This document shows, piece by piece, positions 39,800 to 53,400 of a stretch of 64,000 nt of DNA; positions within the stretch are counted from its first letter, which is position 1, and every line of letters begins with the position of its first letter. The stretch is from Lama glama. Taxonomy: Eukaryota. The DNA lies in NCBI GenBank assembly GCA_028534125.1, contig CM052816.1, positions 36,272,001 through 36,336,000 on the forward strand, written 5' to 3'. The position numbers and the translations under genes were made by a program. A model generated the notes under the pieces. That model was not told where the DNA came from. It was given only the letters and a program-made list of their open reading frames with translations, and ran no database searches.

Positions 39800-40640
39800 A
39801 GTTAAGTTACTGGCTATCCAGGTATAGTTGGAATACTCCAGATGTACACTGGGCTGATTCTCCCGGGTGTGTAGGGCCAGAGGTCTTATTATGATATGAT
39901 CGTGTCTTACCAGTAGTCAGCACCGGAAATGTATGGGTAGAGGTAGAGAAGCAAGGTCCAAAGTACGTAAGTAGAGAATCAGATTTGTAGAAAACACTTC
40001 CAGTCATCAGATATTTTAAATTATAAGTTGAGGATTCAATTAACATCAACACTCAGTCAAAACAGAAGTTTTCTCCTATCCTGAATACATTCAGCAATGC
40101 ATTTCATGAAATTCAAATGTACCTTATGTTGTTTTTATTTTTGATGGAATTTTTTCAATATAGAATATATCAGAATTTCTGTGTCATAGGACACAAATTC
40201 CTAGGAGTTCTACAAATTGATTATGTCTGTGCTGACGTTTGTTTTATGCATCTCTCTATTACTAATGAGAACAAATTCGATCAATTATGTTAGGAAGATT
40301 AAAATTATTTTTTAACTCTTTTTGTAGAAAGATATCACAGAATTGCTGTCATTTGAAGAAGTGATCAAAGAATATGCAGCCAAGATGGAAGAAAAGCATT
40401 ATAAGCATTTGTCAGGTAGTTTGTTAGGTGAGCCTTATGGCTTATTTTTCCACATTCTGTAATGTTTGCATCATTTCCCCAAAATTTTAGATTTGATTTT
40501 GCTGTGATTTCATTTCTCATTCTAAATTAATATCTGTATTCATATCTAATCTTGTATTCATAATGTTGTAAGCTTTCTCTGAAAGAGAACTACCCAACTT
40601 CTATACGGTTCAGGCTCCACAAAACCTAAGTCCGCCTTGT
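39800..40640 (-). mobile_element. hAT-Tip100 DNA transposon remnant (Zaphod/MER115-like)
   Basis: The right end on the minus strand reads 'caaggcggacttaggttttgtggagcctgaacc', like the Zaphod/MER115 terminus. Internal 'gaagtgatcaaagaatatgcagccaa' and 'tttctcattctaaattaatat' also fit. Left boundary uncertain. Confidence 0.65.
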
Positions 40641-42739
40641 AATTGAATCTAGAACAACTGTCAGTGTGTATGGGGGGGGGGAGTGGGGCTGTAAAAGGGC
40701 AGAGGTGGGGGTAAAGCATGGTAGGTTCATGAGGGGAGCACATCTTCATCAGTTCATTTAGTTGCCCTTACTCACTCTTTCTCCGGAGATGAAATAGAAA
40801 AATGAGGTCCATGAACAATTTTTAGATGAGATTGATACCATCAAAGGCATCTGGAAGCTATATGGGCTGACAGAGTAGCCCATGGAGGCCAAGTGTAACT
40901 TTTTCTTTCAAATCTGGCTGTCTGAAATACGCCCCTGTTTGCCATGAAATGTTTTAATGTTTGGAATCTTTTCATTAGTTCTTCCTATTCTTTACTGGAG
41001 CAGGCTTATGTTTCTTCTTACAGACTGCCTTTGATAGAGTCCTGATTCTTTTGTGGCTCAAAACCACGGACCCTGAGCAGCCCTAGCTATACTGCTTTAT
41101 GCAGGGAAGACGCCATCTGTCCATTCCAGCTCCAACTTTAGCCCTGACTTTGGCAGTAATTCCCTACTTCTTAAGACTAGCACTTCCCTCTACAGGAGTT
41201 GCCCCCTAGAGTTTGGGAACTCTTTAAAGGTCTGATAGAATAGCTGGCACAAATGTTTCATCTGCTTCGGGTTTGTGGGTCTGAACACATGGTTTCCAAA
41301 TGTCACATTTGGAACGTGGAATTCAGTGATTCGCAAGCATTTTGATCAAATCATTGATTTTATCCATTGTCTTCTGTGAAGGAACAATACGTGATGTCGG
41401 GCTCTTTTCAAGCACATGCTCTTCCTTCCTCTTCTATATTCAGCTGACATGTTCTTTCAAAGATTAGGGGCATTTGGGATCTGTGTGTTTTGAGAAGTAA
41501 CATGAACTCATTAGCTTCACATTCTAAATATTTTAATAATGTTACTGAAGCTTGGAATGCCACCTTTATTCAGCTCTTTTGTTTTTCCACCACAACTTAG
41601 CAGTTATAGTGAATGGCAATACATATTAATAAGCAGACAGTTTCATAAGACTCAGGTTAATGATGATAATTATTCCTACACAGTGTATGCTGACAGTGTG
41701 TGCAAAGAGATTCTCTTCAAAAAAGCCCCAAGGCAGTACAGATAATTCTGACACTGAGTACGTTATCTGAGAAGAAGGTTAACAATGCTATGTGATACTC
41801 GGCTTTTTTTCAAGTGAACATTTTAATTACCTGGGGATAATGTCCATGACTGGAATTCAGTGAGTGGGCATAGGGCCAGTAGCATCTAAGGAGATCCTTG
41901 AGAGAGAGTCAGAATTTTAACCATTAAAAATTACAGGCTTGCAAATAGGGACACTATCTGGAAATAAATAAGCATAGTCAAGAATTAAGAAAAGGTCAGT
42001 GTTTTAACTCAAATTCTCATGGTGGGTTCCCAGTTTGGAGTAAACATTTATTTTTTGATTAACCGTGGTAGAAGTATGAAATTGTTAAGTTCTGCTCCCT
42101 TTATTCTTTCCAAGTTCATCAAATTCTCCACAAAACCAAACACTCTGATGCTTACTGACCTTGTGCACTGTTTTCTATTCCTCTACTCTAGGTTGCTCTC
42201 CAAACCTTCCTTTACACCTGAAGAATTTATGACAAGTGACTAATTAACAGTTCAGAGCGACACTCCACCTTTTTCCTCCCAGGGTCAACTGCCTTTCAGA
42301 AGTATTAAAACTTTAAACCAGGCATCTCAAAGAAAACATCAGCTAGGGCTTGTCAAGTAACATTAATGAGGGAAGCTAGCATATTAAGGACGGCAATAAA
42401 ACTAAAAGGGAGGCTCCTAGAAACGGGCCGTTATTGCATGCCCTCAGCAGATTATTTCCACATAGACTTTCTGGTCCAGATTTGCTAAAAACGTACTTTT
42501 TCAAAGAATGTCTGAAATGTGGATTTTTGTAAATTCTTCCCATGTTTAACTTTTGTCCACAAATTCTAACACTGCATAGGTCGGGCGTAACACATTCAGG
42601 GCCAAAAATAGTCCAGAAGGCACAAGTTAGTAACTTCTGCTTTGAACTGAAGGATATACGTTACAGTGACTGTAATTCACACACTTCTGTTCCCAAGCTC
42701 AAGAGAGACTGGAGGACCCACGCTCCTCTGACGCACTTC

Positions 42740-43145
42740 CAACCCTCTGCCCTTCTTCATGCTATTCCATTTACTCTGGGTGCACCTGCTGCTCTCTCCA
42801 GCCTGGGGACCTACTCACTTTTGACGGCCTCTGTTAAATGTCACCCTCTCAGTAAAGTTTTCTAAGCCTCTTCTGTCTTCCCAAACTATATCTCTACCAC
42901 CTCCCTTCCTTGGAGAATGAATCCATTTTCTCATTATGTTGCTGCGTATCTGGCACAAACTGTAATTAGCACTTAACATAACATGTACCTATTAAATATT
43001 TGTGGGTGTGTTGGTCTCCCCAGTTACAATGTGAGATCCCTATGGAGAGTCCTCTTTTTATTTCTTTATCAGCATCACACTGTATCTGCCTCATAACAGA
43101 CAATAAGTACTTGTTGAGTGAATGAATGGGTAAGTGAATGAATAA
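42740..43145 (+). mobile_element. L2 LINE 3' fragment
   Basis: 'ctgttaaatgtcaccctctcagtaaagttttct...tgtgagatccctatggag...caataagtacttgttgagtgaatgaatg'. Confidence 0.75.
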
Positions 43146-45773
43146 CAGAAAGCTACTTGAAAGCTTAAGTAACTCTGCAAACATCTCTGCTCCCATTAGG
43201 GGGTGTGAATATGGAAGACATTCAGTATATATTTATTAAATAGGAAAGGAATGTTGATCAATGGGGGAGGCTACTCTTTGAAGAGGGAGTGGCCCAAAGG
43301 AAATTCTCAATGCTTGTAGCCCCTAAATCATTTCCCACCAGGATAAAATTGGTTCTTAAACTCCCTCTGATCCTAAAATTCAATTTAAAATTAATATAAA
43401 TTATCACCATATATTTATGTGTGTATATAAATATATAGAGAGATACATATATATATGAAGATTCATTGCTTTCATGATGACCTTTCAGCATATCTCTGAG
43501 TACTTCTAACTAAGGCAACTATGTAAAGGCTTCAATATCAAAATTGAGCAATTACTACTGAGGTGATATATAAGGTATACTGGTTATAAAGTAACTTTTT
43601 TCAGAAGCAAGTCGGGATGAATTTGAATAAAAAAGCCATCTAGCAGTACTCCATCCAATTGGTATTTACTATAAATGCACACAGTTATTTGAAATATATT
43701 TGTTTATATCAAGGGTGTTTAGTCTGCTCGTTACAGTAGTGAAAATCTGCTTGAGTTCTGTTTGAGTCTGCTAGCAAACTGCCTTACCAGAGCCTGATTT
43801 TGATTTAAAAATCTAGATTAATTTGAAAATATGTTAATGATTAAGCTAACACTCTAGTATAAAGGTATCATCCAAGAACTCTATCTTTCATGCTGACCAA
43901 AAAAGATACATACGGGTGAAAGAAATGAAACTTCTATATAACAGACACCTGCCACGCTTATGGTCAGTTCTTAGTCTTCTGCTGGTGTTATCCCTGCAAA
44001 AGTAACTGCTTGTTCTGTAGATGGCTCCAGCTAGCTGAATAGTTCAGAGGACAAAATCAAATGATGAAGGCCAGTTGTTCAGTCATTTGTACATTTTGAT
44101 AACAGTAAGCTAACTGATTATGTGAGAATCAACCAATGAATTAAACATCTAGGTCTGTACACAGCTGTGGCATGGCAGTCGTTCTTTTAAAAAGAAAATA
44201 AAAGCTGTTTGTTACTTAGTCTGTGTTAGCATGCTGCATGATACTATTCAGGAGCCTGTGCCATTTTACCTGACATCGGACACTTTGACAATGAGCGGTT
44301 ATGAATCACGCACATTTTTCCCATTGGGGTGATGCATACAATGTAACTAAATTCAGAGCATATTTGAATCTCTTCCTGGGGCTAAGACAGACCTGCCACT
44401 GGTCTCTCTGATTCCTTTGGTAAGCCCTTGTATATTGTGCAGTGGAAAATACAACAACAAATGTTATTCAGCAGAAAGATAAAAGCCCAGTCTATGTAAA
44501 GTGAGACAGAAGAAATGGAAACTTAGCACGTGGATTTTGCATGCGAGCCTCATAAAATGCAAGCATGAATTTCCTCTCACAGTGAGTGTGGTCCAACATT
44601 AAATGAAGAATGGGGCATGATTACGAGAGATAAGATCAGTAGTTAGAGAACATACAGCAAGCTGTTCTACCCACGTTGAATATAATTTCACTCCTCTGAT
44701 CTATTAGGCCCTCTCAATGCACATCTTTGTAGATTTTTGCTAGTTCTCAGGAATGCATTAAAAAAACCCTACAGGCTATAACCAAAATTACTGAATATTT
44801 TTTAATGTCTCACATGTTGACAGTCCTGATTTTTGTTATATAAGAAATAACTGTCGATAGTGCCATTTAAATCCCTCCTTTTTAGACTTGTGAATGCTAA
44901 TGGCTGGGCTGTGGAACTTGAGCTTTTCCTGTAATCGTTATTCCTGGTTTCCTGTGGTGGGTATGTATTGAACATAAGAAATTAGCTGCAGAGAGAATTA
45001 GAGGGTGTAAGTCTGAGTCATGTAAATGCCAAAAGCTTTTTGTGACATTTTTCAGACTTTAAAAATGGAAGTATGTTATTTGCACAGTAGCTCCTGATGG
45101 AATATGACATACTGCAGCGATGTGGTGAGTTTAAGACTGGGCTGCAGGCCATTAGGAACCCTCTGTGAGAGAGCCTGGGGCCTGAGCAGAGGAATGGGAC
45201 TGAGCTACTTGGAAGAAGCATGGCATTTGCTGACGAGCCAAAGAATCCTCGTAAGATCAAGAACTGCTGATGAGAACTGAGAACTTGCTTGAACCTGCTA
45301 TCATAAGTAAGGCTTAGGAATATAATCTTCAGCCTGATGTAACTGTTGTCTTTATTCCAGATGGTCTTACATCATCATCATTATATCAGCACACAAGAAA
45401 AATCACAGGGCTAAGTACATACCTTTACACTTATGTTTCAATTAAGGCTGAGCTCTTTAATTCAGTTGAAATAAGTCTTTCTTAATAGAGTTAGAAGCTT
45501 TATGGGGTCCTAAGAGGCACGGAGGAGGATGTGAGAGTACACAGCAGAATTTTCTCTTGAGGAAAATGGAGGACTCCCATCTGTCTCACTGTCCTTCCCC
45601 TCCTGTGCCAATCCCTTTTAGCTTTGGAGAAAGCCTCTTAGGGAGACAGAAACTATCTTTGGTTTCACCTTTGGTTATTAAGCAGATCTCCTCAGAAGTT
45701 TTCTTCTACTTCAGGGGCTAGCCTTGCAAGCCACTGAGCCTACACTTTTTATAAAACTGGGAACACGAGGGCA

Positions 45774-45811
<38 letters not shown>
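45774..45811. repeat. (TATC)n tetranucleotide microsatellite
   Basis: About 9 perfect TATC/ATCT units. Confidence 0.95.
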
Positions 45812-46689
45812 GGGGATAAAGTAACTCAAAGTAACTCAGTAATCTCATGCTAATTTTGATATTTTCCTGCAGGGTGCAATGGACTATCATTAGAAACAAG
45901 CTTGTTTAAACATCTGTTCCCAAATCTAGAAAATTTAGTGTTCAGTTTTTGAAAGATACAGAACCTGGAAAAATAGATACACGACATTTGGGAGAAAAGA
46001 AGTCAGATGACCAAAGGGACTCCTAAAAGAATTTTGTAAGTGTAGTCTGGAAATAGATGATTAGGGGAGAAAAACGAAACCAAAAACAGGAAGTAGGGGT
46101 CTCCCTTTCAGACATGTCTTCTGGGAAGCCTCTGTCCAGACTTCACTGTGCACCCAATAAATTTAATTCTGCTTTTCCTCTTAAATTCTCAGTGATTCTT
46201 AATAATGCCATTAAGCCTCTTCTCCCAAACCAAAACCATAGCTGCCATTTTTGACAATTTCCTCCTCACCTTCTCCCTCTAACTTACCATCAAGACATGT
46301 TGGTTCTACTGTAAACCCCATTATTTCTCCTTGCTTTCTCCTCTCTGCTGCTTATTTTATCATAACTAGACTGGGCAGTTTTAAATGGTCTCCTCTCTTC
46401 CTGTCTCACCTCATTTCTCCATCTTCACTATTTATATAAATATTTCACAGTTTTGTGATTGTGAAATATTAGTATTTTTTTCCTTCTCTACTGATGCTCG
46501 GGCACCTTGCAAGTAAGTGTGAGTCTCTTATGCATTGTTTCCTGGGAGCCATAAAAACCTGCAATCATGTCCTTTTCCTCCCCTGCTCAGTTGAGGCGCT
46601 ATTTTTCTGTTGTCCATGGGAACAAGGCTACGCCAACAGTCAAAGCTATTCACAATTTGGGTCCTTTCTTACCTCTCAGATTTACCTGT

Positions 46690-47032
46690 CATTCCCTTGT
46701 GTTCCACTATTCACAAATCAAACTGACAGTGTTACAGCTGCATGAATTGTCATTCATTTTCTTAACTTCATACTTTTTTCAAATTTAGTTCCGTCTGTCA
46801 GAAATGCCTTTCCCCATCTGACAAATATCTAATCTTCCTTTGAGACTTCTAAATATCATCTCTTTTCTACTTTCCTGACACTCCCAGGCTAAGTGAGGGG
46901 TTTTCTCCCTGTAGGCCTTTATACTTTGAGATGTATTTATCTCTGTATACTTCTGGATTGACTGTGATATTAAAACCCCTCTTAAGACAACAGCTTTGTT
47001 TTATTCATCTTTGGATTTCTAGCTTTTAGCAC
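46690..47032 (+). mobile_element. L2 fragment (interrupted by the LTR at 47033; tail resumes near 47600)
   Basis: 'gaaatgcctttcccc...tctaatcttcctttgagact...ttgttttattcatctttggatttctagc...ttagcac', then 'taaatgaatgaattg' after the LTR. Confidence 0.6.
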
Positions 47033-47567
47033 TGAAGGGGAGCAAAATATTCACCTCAAAATATGCCTCTTTGGCATATTGATTATATTAGGCTGATTAT
47101 TTTTAAGAAACAGCAGACAGAAAAGATGGGGAAATGGAGTAAAAGTTATCCTTCTGTAAGAAACATTCAAATTTTAAGAGAAATCTCCACTTGTACAGGT
47201 GTCTTCCTGGTACCAGGAAGAGAAGGATGACTAAATTTTAAGGAACTGTTATCAGTGGAGAAGGCAATGACTTAAATCTGCACAACAGGTATACACTTGT
47301 TTACTATGCTTTTCCTGGTAATTTCCCATGACTGACTCTCATAAATGATATCTTCTTCTGTCTTTAGCTATAGATGGCATTTAAGGTGATGGCTTTAAGC
47401 CATTTCAGTTACTCAGTTTTCCTGAGTCTCTCCCATGTATACAGGAGGTATACATGTCACTAAACTTTTATTTGTTTGTGTCTTGTTAATCTGTCTTATA
47501 TCAATTTAATTATTAGACCAGCCAAAGAAGCTAGGAGGTAAGAAGGGAAAATTTATCCACACCTGCA
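47033..47567 (+). mobile_element. ERV1 solo LTR (MER34-like)
   Basis: Starts 'tgaaggggagcaaaatattcacctcaaaatatgcctctttggcata' and ends 'aatctgtcttatatcaatttaattattagaccagccaaagaagctagg...cctgca', giving TG...CA termini. Confidence 0.8.
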
Positions 47568-50475
47568 CCCACAAAACCAAACCAAACCCATACTGCGATG
47601 AAAAATTAAATGAATGAATTGAAGATATAACTCAATACTATCTCTTTGCATCAATTTTCAAAAGCAGTAGAAATCTAATACATTGAATATCCTATACATT
47701 GCCTGCACAGAATATGATCCAGGGAGTAGTAAATTCATAGAATGAGCATCTGCATTTTTCCTGGAACAGAATCTCTGGTCACTTTGAGGTTTACCCATCA
47801 ATGCCATTTGAAGAAACATTGTTCTGCTAACAATGTGCCACTTTATTGAATTCTATTACAGAATTTCACCACAGGTTTAATTATTGCTCACCTTGGTGTC
47901 AGGGTGCTTTTCTTTTATTAACTAATCATCTACTGGCCCACTGGGGTTCTTCTAGCCTCCAGGCTTTTCAAGATGTGTCAAATCAGATTATCTACCCTTA
48001 TTTTATAAGGATTAAAATTTAAGTTTTTTCTAAACTCCGTGAAGAACTAATCTACCATTTAATATATGCAAACTATACCAAGGCATGCATTTGCATAACC
48101 TGAACTGAGTTAGTCATTAGAGCTTTGTTAATTAGCTTTGGAAAAGTAAGTTAGCTGAACCAGAGTAGTAAATAGATATATTTGATTAAATTTTTATTTT
48201 ATCTTACAGCACAGAGTATTGTAGTGTTGTTAGAATGGTTTCTAAAAATCAGTTATGGAATAGAGATCATGGAACGGGTATTGTGTACAGTAACATGACA
48301 ATGTCATACTGCAGAATATTTTTGCTCCACTAGCTCTCAGAAAGGAAGAGTTTATGAATTGGATTGGCCTTGAAGTAACTTATTTGTAAACTGTTTTTGT
48401 TATTCCAAATCAATATGCTGAGAATTACTTTTATAAAGCCTAGCTTTCTAGAAGGCTTTTGTGATGAAATCATCTGAAACTTAAAGATGAGGTATTTTCA
48501 TGTATCACAAAGTGCCAAATGGCATAAAACATGTCAAAAGTAGCTTTTGATTTTTAACCAGTTTGAAAATGAGAGTTCAGTGTTTCATGATCTTTTAGAC
48601 CATACCTAATCATCTACTGGCCCACTGGGATTCTTCTCTAAACTTATGTTCTACAAAGCCTAGTCATTATGTGCTACAGATAATAAAGCTTCTGATCTTT
48701 AAAAACATTTTTTTTTTTTGTCTTGGGGTATAAGTTTTACATGCAGGTCCAATACATGGTTAATAAAGCGTTAGATCTTTTCTGTTAAGTACATACAATT
48801 AGTAAAATATTTTACATGAAATAGATCAAAAAAACCTATAAGTTACATAATTTCTCACATAAATGAAATGTGTTGGTGCAAATCTAAGAGTAAGATTTAT
48901 AATTTCTCTTCATTCCCAGATCTCACTGCATTTAACAATAATTAGTAATTTAATCCAAAAGTAATAGATAATTAGAAAATATTTGCTTTTCATAGTTGTT
49001 TTAATTATACATCACTTCTGACAGGTGTTATATTACTATTTTTACTTTCAAAAATGTCAAAGCAATTTGATAAATTTCAGTTTTACAATAAACTTATATA
49101 GGAAGGGCCAACTTAGGTAGAAAATGTCCTGTGTTATAAATTCACTCCAATTTTACTGGGATTTATTTGGCTTGAATTTCTCTTGAATGAACCTGGATTT
49201 AAGAATGAGAGAAGATTTGAAGGCTGTGTTTTCTTATTTTGTTATTTACTTATTTAATAATTTGCAGTCTATAATGACGAACTTTTCATTTATCTTACTG
49301 GTGTGTGAATTCCCTTTTAGTCCTCTCTATGTATGTATTTTTTGTTTTTGTTATCTTTTTCTAAAGTGAATCCTAAGACAAAATGTTATACAATATACAA
49401 AATAAACATAAATTCCAATAAAGGTTCATAGATATGTATGTCTATGTAACTCATCATTCCAGCCAAAAGATAGAATGTTTTGATCACCCTAGAAAGTTCC
49501 CTCCTGTTCCTCCGCAGTAAATCTCGACACGGCCTCCAACCTCTAACAACCAACAGTTTGACTTCCATCCTCACTGATTACTTTTGCCACTATATGAACC
49601 TCACATAAATAGAAACACAAACATTCTGCTGTGTCTGGCTTGTTTTGCTTGACATAGGTCATCCATATAATGTGGATCAGGAGTTTGTTTCTTTCTATTG
49701 TTGAATAGTATTTCATTGTATGAAAGTACCACAATTTATTTATCCATTCAACTGCTCACAGACACTGCAGCTCTTTTCATTTCTTTGTTTTGTTTTATTA
49801 CAATTAAAGCTGCAGTGAATATTCATGTATATATCTTTTTTGCCTAATGAGTTTTCACCTCTCTTGGGTAACTTATCTAGGTGTGGAATTGCTGAGTTAT
49901 ACATGTTTAACTTTATAAGAAAATGCCAGATTCTTTTCCAAATTGGTTGTATCATTCTACATCCATAGCAGCAGTGCATGAGAGATCCTCTTACTTTACA
50001 TCTTCATTCACACTTGTTTTTGTCAGTTCTTACCAGTGTGAAGGGTGTGAAATAATATTAAATTGTAATTTTAATTTTCCTGGTGATTATTGAGCATCTT
50101 TTCATGTGCTTAGTGTGTGTCAGTATATCTTATTTTACAATGTGTATGTCTTTTATCCATTAATTTTTTTTAACTTTCTGCTGAATTCTAAGAACTCCTT
50201 TTTATATTCTGAATGCCAGTCCTTCATCAGATACATATATTGCAAATGTTTTCTCCAAGTTTGTGGCTCGACTTTTCATTTTTAATAGGAACTTTTGAAG
50301 AATAGAAGGTTTTAATATTGATCAAATGAAGTTTATCAATACTTAAGTTTATGGTTTGTGTTTTCTTATTCTGTCTATAAATATCTTGTTTACCTTAAGA
50401 TCATAAAAGTTTTCTTCTTGCTTTTTTCTAGACATTTTCTATTTTTAGTTTTTGTATTTAGGATTATAATCCATT

Positions 50476-53400
50476 GTTTAAAATTAAAGTATAATTGATT
50501 TACAACATTTTGTTAGTTTTAAGTGTACAGTTAAGTGATTCAGTTATACATACATACATATATATCTCTTACAGATTCTTTACCATTACACGTTATCTAA
50601 AGATACTGAATATAGTTCCCTGTACCATATAGTAGGTCCTTGTGGTTTATTTATTTTGTATGTAGGTCTGTGTATCTGTTAATCTCAAACTCCTAATTTA
50701 TCCTTCCCCACCTGTTTCACCTTTGTTAACCTTAAGTTTGTTTTTTATTCGTGTGTGTCCGTTTGTTTTGTTAATAAGTTCATTTGTGTCATTTTTTTTA
50801 GATTCCACAAATAAGTGATATCATATGATATCTGTCTTTGTCTGACTTACTTCACTTAGTATGATAATCCCTAGTCTCATCCATGCTGCTGCAAATGGCA
50901 TTATCATTCTTTTTTTATGGCTGAGTAATAGTCCATTGTATTTATATACCACATCTGCTTTATCCAGTCATCTGCTGATGGACATTTAGGTTGCTTCTAT
51001 GTCTTGGGTATTATAAATACTGCTGTTATGAACACTGGGGTACATGTTATCTTCTCAGATTAGAGTTTTCATCTTTTCCCTATATAATTGCCCAGGAGTG
51101 GGATTGCTGGATCATATGATAGCTCTATCTTTAGTTTTTTAAGGAACCTCTATATTGTTTTCCATAGTGGCTGCACCAATTTACATTACCACCAACAGTG
51201 TAGGAGGGTTCACTTTTCTCCACAACCCTTCCAGCATTTATTATTTGTAGACTTTTCACTGATGGCCATTGTGATTGGTATGAGGTGATACCTCGTAGTT
51301 TTGATCTGCATTTCCATAACAATTAGCAATGTTGAGCTAGATGTCTGCTGGCCATCTGGATGTCTTCTTTGGATAAACGTCTATTTAAAGCTTCTGCCCA
51401 TATTTTGAGTCCTTCCTCCCTCTCTCCCTCCCTCCCTCTCTTTCTCTCTTTCTTTCTTGATACTGAGCTGTATGAGCTGTGTGCATATTTTGGAAATTAA
51501 TATCTTGTTAGTCACATCACTTACAAATATTTTTTCCCATTCCATAAATTGTCTTTTTGTTTTGTTCATGGTTTCCTTGCTGTGTAAAAGCTTTTACTTA
51601 GGTCTCATTTGCTTATTTTTGCTTTTATTTCCATTATGCTGGAAGATGGATCAAAAAAAATACTGCTGCAATTTATGTCAAAGAGTGCTCTGCCTATGTT
51701 TTCCTCTAGGAGTATTATAGTGTACAGTCTTATATTTAGGTCTTTAGTCCATTTTGAGTTTATGTTTATATATGGTATTAGGGAGTGTCCTCATTTCATT
51801 CTTTGACATGTAGCTGTCCAGTTTTCCCAGCACCACTTATGGAAGAGGCTGTCTTTTCTCCATTATATATTCCTGCCTCCTTTGTCATAGATTAATTAGC
51901 TTTAAGTGCATGGGTGGGCTCTCTATCCTTTTCCATTGATGTATATGTCTGTTTTTTTTTTTTTGCCAGTACCATACTGTTTTGATTACCATAGCTTTGT
52001 AGTATACTCTGAAGCAGGGAGCATGATTTCTCTAGCCTTGTTTTTCTTTTTCAAGGTTGTTTTGGCTATTTGGGGTCTTTTGTGCTTCCATATACATTTT
52101 AAAATTACTTGTTCTAGTTCTGTGAAAAATGCCATTGTTACTTTGATAGGGATTGCACTGAATCTGTAGATTGCCTTGTGTGGCATGGTCATTTTAACAA
52201 TATTGATACTTCCAATCCAAGAACATGGCACATCTTTCCAGCTGTCTGTGTCACCTTCAGTTTCTTTCATCAGTGTCTTATATAGTTTTTGGAGTACAGT
52301 CTTTTGCATCCTTAGGTAGGTTTATTCCTAGGGTTTTTTTTTTTTTTTTGATGTGATGGTAAATGGGAGTGTTTACTTTTCTCTTGCTGATTGTTCATTA
52401 TTAGAGTATAGAAATGTAATGTAACATTCTCTGCATATTAATTTTGTATCTAGCAACTTTACCAAATTCACTGTTGAGCTCTAGTAGTTCTCTGGTGGTG
52501 TCTTCAGGATTTTCCATGTATATTATCATGTCATCTGCAAACAATGACAGTTTTACTTCTTCCTAATTTAGATTCTTTTTTCCCCCTCTGACTGCTTTGC
52601 CCAGGACTGTCAAAACTGTGTTAAATAAAAGTGGCAAGAATTGGCATCCTTGTCTTGTTCCTGATCTTAGAAGGAATGCTTTCAGCTTTTCACCATTGAC
52701 TATGATGTCAGCTATAAGTTTAATATCTACGGCCTTTATTATGTTGAGGTATGTTCCATCTATGCTCACTTTCTGGAGAGTCTTTATCATGAATGGATGG
52801 CGAGTTTTATCAAAAGATTTTTTTTAATCTATTGAGATGATCATACAATTTCTATTCTTCAATTTGTTAATGTAGTGTATCACATTGACTGATTTATGGA
52901 TACTGAAAAATCCTTGCATCTCTGGGATAAATCCCACTTGATCATACTCAGTGATCTTTTCAGTGGATTGCTGGATTCAATTCGCTACTATTTTGTTGAC
53001 GATTTTGTCTCTATGTTCATCAGTGATAATCAGCCTATAGTTTTCCTTTTCGATTATAACTTTGTCTGGTTTTGGTTTCAGGGTGATGATGGCCTCATAC
53101 AATGAGTTTGGAAGTGTTCCCTCTTCTGCAATTTTCTGGAATGGTTTCAGAAAAATAGGTGTTAACTCTTCTCTAAATGTTTGGTAGAATTTGCCTGTGA
53201 AGCCATCTAGTCCTGGACTTGTTTGTTAGGAGTTTTTAAATTACCAATTCAATTTCAGTACTGGTAACTGGACTGTTTATATTTTCTATTTCTTCTTGGC
53301 TTATTCTTGGGAGACTGCATCTTTCTAAGAATTTGTTCATTCTTCTAGGTTGTTCATTTTATTGGCATATAGTTGCTTGTAGTAGTCTTTTATGATCCTT

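Noticed and set aside
47922..48637. CRISPR-like repeat-spacer array
   Set aside because: Only two copies with a 652-bp spacer, in mammalian DNA with no cas genes.
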